A DNA stretch of 32,000 bases. Source: Erysipelotrichaceae bacterium (GTDB taxonomy: Bacteria > Bacillota_I > Bacilli_A > Erysipelotrichales > Erysipelotrichaceae). Below are positions 25,956 to 32,000 of this stretch, piece after piece. Each line of letters opens with the position of its first letter. Position 1 is the first letter of the stretch. Location: assembly GCA_030604855.1 (NCBI GenBank), contig JAUVVC010000002.1, positions 90,001-122,000 on the forward strand. Reading direction: 5' to 3'. The notes under the pieces are model-generated. The model made no database searches and had not been told where the DNA came from. It worked only from the letters and a program-made list of their open reading frames with translations. The position numbers and the translations under genes are program-made.

Positions 25956-27056
25956 ATGTTTGTTGGATGTGTCAAAGAGATTAAGAATCAAGAATATCGC
26001 GTCGGTCTGATTCCCGCGCATGTGAAAAGTTTTATCGATCATGGACATAGTGTCTATGTCGAGAAGGATGCGGGTCTTGGATCTGGATTTACCAATGAAG
26101 ATTATGAACATTATGGTGCGGTCGTCTTTGCAACGGCTGAAGAGGTATGGTCAAAAGTGGATCTGGTCATCAAAGTCAAGGAACCCTTGGAAAGCGAATA
26201 CTGCTATTTCAGAGAAGATTTGATTCTGTTCACCTATCTGCATTTGGCAGCGGATGAAGCTTTGACCAAAGCCTTGTTGGAAAGCAAAATGACGGCTTTG
26301 GCCTATGAGACTTTGGATGTGAATGGCAGTTTGCCTTTATTGAAACCAATGAGTGAGATCGCAGGTCGTTTGAGCATTCAAGAAGCAGCGAAATACCTTG
26401 AGAAACCCTTTGGTGGAAAAGGTTTGTTGTTAAGTGGACTACCTGGCGTCATGAAAGCCAAAGTCATGATCATCGGGGCGGGTGTCGCAGGTAAGAATGC
26501 GGCCAAGATCGCTTTGGGCATGGGTGCGGATGTCTATCTTTTAGATAAGAATATCAACCGTCTCGAACAATTGGAAAGTGAGTTTGGTTTTCAAATCAAA
26601 ACACGCTATTCGACGCATGCGACGATTCTGGAACTCTTGCCAACCATGGATGTGGTGGTTGGGGCGGTCTTGGTTCCTGGAGCCAAGGCACCTAAACTGA
26701 TCATGCGTGAAGATTTGAAGAAGATGCAGCCAGGAGGCGTCATCGTGGACATCGCTGTGGATCAAGGGGGCTGTTTTGAGACCACACATCCAACCACACA
26801 TCTGGATCCAACTTTCGTCGTTGAAGGCATCATCCATTACTGTGTCGCCAACATGCCGGGCAGTGTTCCGATGACCTCGACCTTAGGTTTGAGTAATGCG
26901 ACCTTGGAATACAGTTTATTGCTTGCGAATTATGGTTTGAAAGGCGCGATCATCAAAAATAAGAATCTTTTAAGTGCCATCAACACCTACCAAGGCCGAT
27001 TGACCAATGCGGCAGTGGCCGAAGCGTTCAACCTCAAATTTGAGGCCTTTATCTAA
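25956..27056 (+). CDS. ald: Alanine dehydrogenase
   Basis: 366 aa with an N-terminal VKEIKNQEYRVGLIP, the NAD motif IIGAGVAGKNAA, and VDIAVDQGG. GGAGGA SD. Confidence 0.92.
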   Translation: MFVGCVKEIKNQEYRVGLIPAHVKSFIDHGHSVYVEKDAGLGSGFTNEDYEHYGAVVFATAEEVWSKVDLVIKVKEPLESEYCYFREDLILFTYLHLAADEALTKALLESKMTALAYETLDVNGSLPLLKPMSEIAGRLSIQEAAKYLEKPFGGKGLLLSGLPGVMKAKVMIIGAGVAGKNAAKIALGMGADVYLLDKNINRLEQLESEFGFQIKTRYSTHATILELLPTMDVVVGAVLVPGAKAPKLIMREDLKKMQPGGVIVDIAVDQGGCFETTHPTTHLDPTFVVEGIIHYCVANMPGSVPMTSTLGLSNATLEYSLLLANYGLKGAIIKNKNLLSAINTYQGRLTNAAVAEAFNLKFEAFI

Positions 27057-28504
27057 TGGTTCATATTTCAGATTTGCGTAGCTTTCGTTTTTGCCCACGA
27101 ATGTATTGGTTGAGCACACGTGAGCGGCGCTCGACCTTTCATTCATTCATCTCTATGTTGGAGCCGATCCATCAGATGTTGATCAAGAAATTGGGTGTGA
27201 AGGACTTTTTTTCGGGACGACAAGGAATGGATGCACAAGTTAGCATCGAAGCGATCCAAGCGAATGAATGGTGTTTCAATCTCCGTTTTGAGGCGAAAGG
27301 TTTACGTGTCAAAGTACCTGGCATTCATCGTGTCGAGGAGGGTTATGACCTTTATTTCACTTCGATGTCGACTTGGCCTAAGATTGAAGATGCATCGTAT
27401 TACGCGAATCATTTTTGGGTCTTGAATGAACTGGGCATCCAAATCCATAAGATGTATATTTTGACTTTCAATAAGGAATATGTGCGCCAAGATGAATTGG
27501 ATGTCGATCGTTGTTTCAATTTATCAAGCAATTTCATCAAACAGAGTGGTCATGTCCAAGGGGATATTTATACAATCGTGTCCAAGAAACACAAAGATTA
27601 TTCGGACATCCTTATGAGCATGGAACAAACACGCAATCGAGCTGAATATCCGATCACACTCGATGCCTGTCCCAATCCCATCAAGTGTGATTATTTCAAT
27701 AGCTGTTTTGAAGGGATGAAGTTTCCAGATGACTCCATTTACCATTTCTCAGCGCAGGACCGCAAACTGTGGATCGCGGAGGGGAAGACGAGCATTGCTG
27801 AAATTCCGGTCGAAGAATTGATGTTAAGCAAGGCTCAATACGCTCAGATCATGGCGGCACATTTGGATGGACGTTTTGTCGATCAACGTGCTTTGAGTCA
27901 TTGGTTGGAAAAGTATGAAGGAAAGACACTCTCGTTTGTGGATTTTGAATGGGATACCTTTGGAATTCCCCCTTATACACAAATGCGACCCATGGACGTC
28001 GTCTGTTTCCAATATTCCTTACATACGATTGAAGATGGCTTGATTCATCATCGAGAGTTTCTTGGGCAAGGCGATTGCCGTGAAGCCTTTATTGTGTCAC
28101 TCTTAAACCATCTACCAACCGAAGGACCTTTGTTTGCTTACAACGCATATGGGGCTGAAGCGATCCGCTTACGTCAGCTCGCGGAACAGTTTCCTCAGTA
28201 CCAATCAGCACTCCACGCAGTGATCGATCGTTTCGTGGATCTGGCGTTGATCTTCATTGATGGCATCGTCTATGATGCCAAGATGAAAGGTGCTTATTCA
28301 CTGAAACGCATCATTGAAGCGGTCAATCCTAACTTGTCCTACGAGAAACTGGCCATCAGTCATGGCTTGGATGCGGTATATCATTATCGCAATCTCAATG
28401 ACGATGAGGAACAAGATGAAGTTCGTGAAGCTTTATTGAGTTACTGTCGTATGGATACCTTGGCGATGGTCAAAGTTTATCAATGGTTGAAGACGCTTGT
28501 ATAA
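27056..28504 (+). CDS. DUF2779-like protein: Cas4/RecB-like Cys-cluster N-domain fused to a DEDDy-type (RNase H-fold) exonuclease-like C-domain
   Basis: 482 aa with an N-terminal Cys (FCPRMYW) plus CPNPIKCDYFNSC, the Cas4/AddB-style 1+3 Cys arrangement. The C-terminal half has FVDFEW (DxE), FAYNAYGAE and YCRMD (Yx3D). The ATG overlaps the ald stop (TAATG). Confidence 0.6.
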   Translation: MVHISDLRSFRFCPRMYWLSTRERRSTFHSFISMLEPIHQMLIKKLGVKDFFSGRQGMDAQVSIEAIQANEWCFNLRFEAKGLRVKVPGIHRVEEGYDLYFTSMSTWPKIEDASYYANHFWVLNELGIQIHKMYILTFNKEYVRQDELDVDRCFNLSSNFIKQSGHVQGDIYTIVSKKHKDYSDILMSMEQTRNRAEYPITLDACPNPIKCDYFNSCFEGMKFPDDSIYHFSAQDRKLWIAEGKTSIAEIPVEELMLSKAQYAQIMAAHLDGRFVDQRALSHWLEKYEGKTLSFVDFEWDTFGIPPYTQMRPMDVVCFQYSLHTIEDGLIHHREFLGQGDCREAFIVSLLNHLPTEGPLFAYNAYGAEAIRLRQLAEQFPQYQSALHAVIDRFVDLALIFIDGIVYDAKMKGAYSLKRIIEAVNPNLSYEKLAISHGLDAVYHYRNLNDDEEQDEVREALLSYCRMDTLAMVKVYQWLKTLV

Positions 28505-28513
28505 GGAGGGTTC

Positions 28514-29488
28514 ATGCCAAATATATTGACGCATGCCTTGATGGCCAATGATGTCCTACAGGATTTAGAAGCCATCAAGCTTAAAGAAATCATTCTGAAG
28601 TATCCACAGGTCTTTTCAATGGCGACCAGTGGACCGGATTTTTTATTCTACTATAAAGCCTTGTCGATGCAGGATGCGGCTTTAGGAAAGCCGATTCATG
28701 ATTTGGGCAATACCGTTCATTCAAAGAGAATCAATGCGTTTTATCAAAACGCCATCAACATCATCAAGAGCAGTGAAGACAATGAAATTCTGATTGCCTA
28801 TCTTGCCGGGCATTTGATGCATTGGTCCTTGGATGTGAAAGCTCATCCTTATGTGTTCAATCGAAGTGGTGAGATTGGTGGAAAAACAAAGTATTGGCAT
28901 TATCGTTTTGAATCCATGTTGGATACGATCATGGTCCAACAAATCAAGGGCTATCGATTGGATGCGACACGGACCTTTGATTGTGTACGATCCACTGCGG
29001 AAGATCGTGAACGATTAGCTGTGTATTATCGTGAAATCGTTTCAAGAACACACCAAGAAGATGTCTCGATCGATATCTATGCGGAGTCCATGGAAAGCAT
29101 GTATACCTTGGCAAAATGGTTGTTTGATCCCCATACGCTTAAGTTCCCGCTGATTCAAGGCATCGAAAAGATGATGAATCTGGATTGGAAATACTCCAGT
29201 CATATGGTCGTTGGTGAAGTGGATGAAAAACATGATGTTTTGAATCTTAAACATAAACCTTGGATGCATCCGGTCACAGGTGATGTGTCGGATAAGAGTT
29301 TTCTGGATTTGTACAATGAAGCGGTCTTATTGGGTCAAGCGGTCTTGTATCGTTTGAATGATATTCTGTATCACAACAAGCAGACGAACTTGGATGATTT
29401 GATTCGTGATCGAAGTTATGACACAGGCATGAAAGATGCGGGAGCGATGCGGTTTTATGCATCGGTGTATGAAAATGGAAATCTTTGA
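28514..29488 (+). CDS. Zinc-dependent phospholipase C-fold family protein (function unknown)
   Basis: 324 aa starting MPNILTHALMA, then GPDFLFY and HLMHWSLDVKAHP His/Asp-rich motifs as in the PLC/P1-nuclease Zn-fold family. No signal peptide is evident. AAGGAGG SD. Confidence 0.5.
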   Translation: MPNILTHALMANDVLQDLEAIKLKEIILKYPQVFSMATSGPDFLFYYKALSMQDAALGKPIHDLGNTVHSKRINAFYQNAINIIKSSEDNEILIAYLAGHLMHWSLDVKAHPYVFNRSGEIGGKTKYWHYRFESMLDTIMVQQIKGYRLDATRTFDCVRSTAEDRERLAVYYREIVSRTHQEDVSIDIYAESMESMYTLAKWLFDPHTLKFPLIQGIEKMMNLDWKYSSHMVVGEVDEKHDVLNLKHKPWMHPVTGDVSDKSFLDLYNEAVLLGQAVLYRLNDILYHNKQTNLDDLIRDRSYDTGMKDAGAMRFYASVYENGNL

Positions 29489-30416
29489 TCTGCATGCGGA
29501 CATCGGAATGGATGTCTTGAGTAAGAAGCTGAAAGGTGAACAGGATATCTTAAAAACCTATCATCTGGATAAACTTGCCCAAGGGCGTGTTTTAGGGGTC
29601 GGTATGGCTTGTTTCTTTGAAGGCCATGAGAATTGGCAAGTTGCTCAAGCAATGGTCAATGCATTGAAAGCAGAGCTTGAAATGAATCAAGATCGACTTC
29701 ACTTCTACAAAGGAGGAAGTCTGCTTAAAGATCGCCTGAATGCGATGATCACCATCGAAGGTATGTGTTTTATTGAAGATGAACCTGAAGCCCATTTAGA
29801 TTGGCTGTATGGACAAGGTGCCAGGATCGGATCCTTATGCTGGAACGATGAGAATGCTTTGGCCACAGGCGTCAAAGGCAATCCACTACGGGGTTTGAGT
29901 GATTTGGGCAAACGCGCCATTCAACACATGAATAAACTCAACATGATCATCGATGTCTCGCACACCAATGAAAAGAGTTTTTGGGATGTCCTGGCGACGA
30001 GCTCAAAACCTGTCATCGCAACCCACAGCAATACCCGTCAATTGAGCAATGTGGATCGTAATCTAACAGACCAACAGATCAAAGCTTTGATTCAAAAAGG
30101 AGGTTTGATCGGTTTGGTTGCGGCACGTTGGTTTGTCAGTAAGGATGAATCGATTCAAACGGCGCATCAATTGGCTTTGCATGCGGCTCACATCAAAGAT
30201 TTGGGTGGTATGGATCATCTTGCCATCGGCTTTGATTATATGGATTTCCTAGAAGGTAACTTTGGGCGCGCATCCATGGCGTCCGATCTTCAAGACGCAT
30301 CACAATCGCAGAACTTGATTCAGGCTTTGAGAAATGTCGGATTCAGTGAGGAAGAAATAAAAAAAGTCGCCTGGGGCAACGTGGAGTCATTCTTAGATAA
30401 ACATTTGAGTGCTTAA
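29469..30416 (+). CDS. Membrane (renal-type) dipeptidase family, peptidase M19
   Basis: FDLHAD (HxD metal site), TIEG, IIDVSHTN, and VIATHSNTRQLSNVDRNLTDQQIKALIQKGGLIGL. Start is ATG 29469 (or 29475). Overlaps the upstream gene by about 20 nt. Confidence 0.85.
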   Translation: MKMEIFDLHADIGMDVLSKKLKGEQDILKTYHLDKLAQGRVLGVGMACFFEGHENWQVAQAMVNALKAELEMNQDRLHFYKGGSLLKDRLNAMITIEGMCFIEDEPEAHLDWLYGQGARIGSLCWNDENALATGVKGNPLRGLSDLGKRAIQHMNKLNMIIDVSHTNEKSFWDVLATSSKPVIATHSNTRQLSNVDRNLTDQQIKALIQKGGLIGLVAARWFVSKDESIQTAHQLALHAAHIKDLGGMDHLAIGFDYMDFLEGNFGRASMASDLQDASQSQNLIQALRNVGFSEEEIKKVAWGNVESFLDKHLSA

Positions 30417-30508
30417 GCACGGTTACCCATATTCTACCATAAAAGACATTGAGCAAAAAGACTCCTTCTTTATTAAAAAGATCGTATAATAAGTGTAAGG
30501 AGGAAGTG

Positions 30509-31051
30509 ATGATGAAACTTCATATCCATGGAAAGAATGTGACGATTACCGAAGCAATGCTTCAAACCACACAGAAGAAACTCTCGTTTCTCGAGAAGTA
30601 CTTCTTGATCGATGAGGACACACCTGCAAATGTCTCCGTAAAGGTGTATCCGAATAGTTTGAAGGTTGAGGTGACGATTTTAAGTAAAATTGCCATCTTG
30701 AGAGCAGAGGTGTCACACGAAGATTATTATGCGGCGATCGATCTTGCGATTGATAAACTTGAAGATCAGATCCGTCGTCAAAAAACGCGTCTCTCGCGTA
30801 AGCATCGCGAGAAATTATCGAAGGCGTTCATTGAACAAATCGATAAGACCGATGAGGTGAAACCGATTGGGGTTGTGAAGACGAAGACAATCAGTGCGGA
30901 GGTCATGAGTTTGGATGATGCGATCATGCGCATGGAAATGTTGGGTCACTCTTTCTTCATTTATACGGATGAAGAGGAACACCAGATGGCGGTTGTCTAC
31001 AAACGTTTGGATGGCGGCTATGGTTTATTGGAGACAAGTCCAGCAAAATAA
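30509..31051 (+). CDS. hpf: Ribosome hibernation-promoting factor, long form
   Basis: 180 aa: MKLHIHGKNVTITEAM...KLSFLEKYF (S30AE/YfiA domain) and a C-terminal dimerisation domain (MSLDDAIMRMEMLGHSFFIY). AAGGAGGAA SD. The track 5' extension is rejected. Confidence 0.9.
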   Translation: MMKLHIHGKNVTITEAMLQTTQKKLSFLEKYFLIDEDTPANVSVKVYPNSLKVEVTILSKIAILRAEVSHEDYYAAIDLAIDKLEDQIRRQKTRLSRKHREKLSKAFIEQIDKTDEVKPIGVVKTKTISAEVMSLDDAIMRMEMLGHSFFIYTDEEEHQMAVVYKRLDGGYGLLETSPAK

Positions 31052-31055
31052 AGTC

Positions 31056-31080
31056 AAGGATGGGAAACCATCCTTTTTTT
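31056..31080 (+). terminator. Rho-independent terminator after hpf
   Basis: AAGGATGG (31056-31063) / CCATCCTT (31068-31075), GAAA loop, T-run to 31080. Confidence 0.85.
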
Positions 31081-31121
31081 GTGTCATTAGTGCTATACTA
31101 AAATGTGTTGGAGGAAATGAT

Positions 31122-31517
31122 ATGGGAATGCTTAATAAAGTAAAAAACTTTTTTAATCCAGTCGAGGAAGAACTTGAATTGGATGAACAGGAAGCCGCTC
31201 GTTTGAGCGACTATGAAGAACCAACGAACAAACAATTCTCTAAAGTCAGTATGGATACCAAGATGGTTTTATTTGAACCACGTACCTTTGATGAAGCGGA
31301 AGAAGTTGCGCGTCATCTCAAGGATCGTCGTGCAGCCGTCGTCAATCTACATCGTTTGAATCGTGAATATGCACAACGTACGATTGATTTTCTAACGGGT
31401 GTGGTCTTTGCGTTGGATGGTTCGATTCAAAAAATCGGACACAATGTCATCTTGTGTGCACCCAAGAGTGTGGGTGTCCATGGCAAGATTTCAATCGAGG
31501 GTGAAGAAGACAATTAG
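31122..31517 (+). CDS. sepF: Cell division protein SepF
   Basis: 131 aa: MGMLNKVKNFF... then the conserved core VLFEPRTFDEAEEVARHLKDRRAAVVNL...AQRTIDFLTGVVFALDGSIQKIG. GGAGGAAA SD and a TGCTATACT extended -10 at 31091-31099. The track ORF's upstream extension overlaps hpf and the terminator and is rejected. Confidence 0.9.
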   Translation: MGMLNKVKNFFNPVEEELELDEQEAARLSDYEEPTNKQFSKVSMDTKMVLFEPRTFDEAEEVARHLKDRRAAVVNLHRLNREYAQRTIDFLTGVVFALDGSIQKIGHNVILCAPKSVGVHGKISIEGEEDN

Positions 31518-31579
31518 TTGCTTGATTCAAAAAGTTGAATGTGACATAATAAGAACATCTTTGATAGGGGAAGGGTACA

Positions 31580-32000
31580 ATGGAGGCTAAGAAACCGAGA
31601 TTTCGGATCATGAAAAAAGGCTATGACCGATTTGCGGTGGATGATGCCCTCGAGCGTTTGACTTTTGATTTGGAGTCCAAGGAAAGTCAATTGCAAAGTT
31701 ACATCAAACAAACCGAGTACGCTCAGGAACAAGTTGACCAAATCAAAGAACGTTACCATAGCTTGCTTTCTGAACTCAGTGTTCGTGAGAAAGCAGCGGA
31801 TGATATCGCGCGTTTGGCTTTGAAAGAAGCGAACACGGTGATACAATCGGCACAGAAGAATGCGGATTCGATCGTGCAGGAAGCCTTATCGACAGCGAAG
31901 ATGATCTTGATTGAGATCGCACGCATCAGTCGTGAGGCGCAAGGTGTCAAAGCAGAGATGTTGGATAAGATCCAACGTTTGAGTGAATCGATTGAAGCTT
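31580..32000 (+). CDS. divIVA: DivIVA-domain protein; N-terminal part, as the gene continues beyond the window end
   Basis: My translation is MEAKKPRFRIMKKGYDRFAVDDALERLTFDLESKESQLQ..., followed by a coiled-coil-like sequence with no stop through 32000. The F...GYDxxxVDxxL motif is the DivIVA N-domain signature. It is absent from the ORF track because it is open-ended. Confidence 0.8.
   Translation, partial: MEAKKPRFRIMKKGYDRFAVDDALERLTFDLESKESQLQSYIKQTEYAQEQVDQIKERYHSLLSELSVREKAADDIARLALKEANTVIQSAQKNADSIVQEALSTAKMILIEIARISREAQGVKAEMLDKIQRLSESIEA

Noticed and set aside
27056-28504. The Cas4-like Cys cluster as evidence of a CRISPR-Cas or other defence locus.
   Set aside because: There is no repeat-spacer array, no cas genes, and no other defence-type genes nearby. 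The neighbours are metabolic (ald, dipeptidase). It is treated as a stand-alone DUF2779-type protein.
30915-31121. 5' extension of the sepF ORF (200-aa track ORF) overlapping the 3' end of hpf.
   Set aside because: The extension runs through the hpf coding region and its strong terminator. The conserved SepF sequence begins at the ATG at 31122, which has a GGAGGAAA SD.
1-32000. Mobile element, prophage, genomic island or defence-island signatures across the whole window.
   Set aside because: There are no integrase, transposase or recombinase genes, no flanking direct or inverted repeats, no tRNA attachment site, and no obvious compositional break visible by eye. The gene content is housekeeping throughout.

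Overview
The window looks like core chromosome of an anaerobic, low-GC Gram-positive bacterium (Bacillota). I suspect Erysipelotrichia or Clostridia, but that cannot be proven from the sequence. I found no rRNA, tRNA, CRISPR array, IS element, integrase or long repeat. About 45 genes are tightly packed, in this order: (1) the end of an OpuC-type compatible-solute ABC operon on the minus strand; (2) a thioredoxin-like gene and a C26 glutamine amidotransferase (-); (3) a Ppx/GppA, Cof-HAD and aldo-keto reductase operon (+); (4) an orphan [FeFe]-hydrogenase (-); (5) birA (-), divergent from a 13-gene, about 10.6 kb, translationally coupled lipid operon acpP-accBCDA-fabH-fabK-(second NPD-family paralogue)-fabD-fabG-fabF-fabZ-plsC (+), which ends stop-on-stop against a convergent mini Sfp-type PPTase gene; (6) speD-speE-HAD; (7) DUF4870, a MurT-like gene and a GatD-like gene; (8) a flavodiiron protein; (9) ald, DUF2779, a Zn-PLC-fold protein and an M19 dipeptidase; (10) hpf, sepF and the start of divIVA. 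I see no defence or mobile system. Three things deserve a second look. First, a MurT-like ligase is 4-nt-coupled to a GatD homologue whose catalytic Cys and His positions read Thr/Gly and Leu, so the glutaminase partner may be dead. Second, the extra FabK paralogue inside the FAS operon carries a CX2CX3CX7C motif and resembles the Helicobacter FabX dehydrogenase/isomerase class, in an operon with no fabA/B/M/N. Third, an 11-bp phased TCACACA repeat array sits between the divergent birA and acpP promoters, and no FapR/FabT-type regulator gene is present. All functional calls come from motif recognition by eye. No database search was run.
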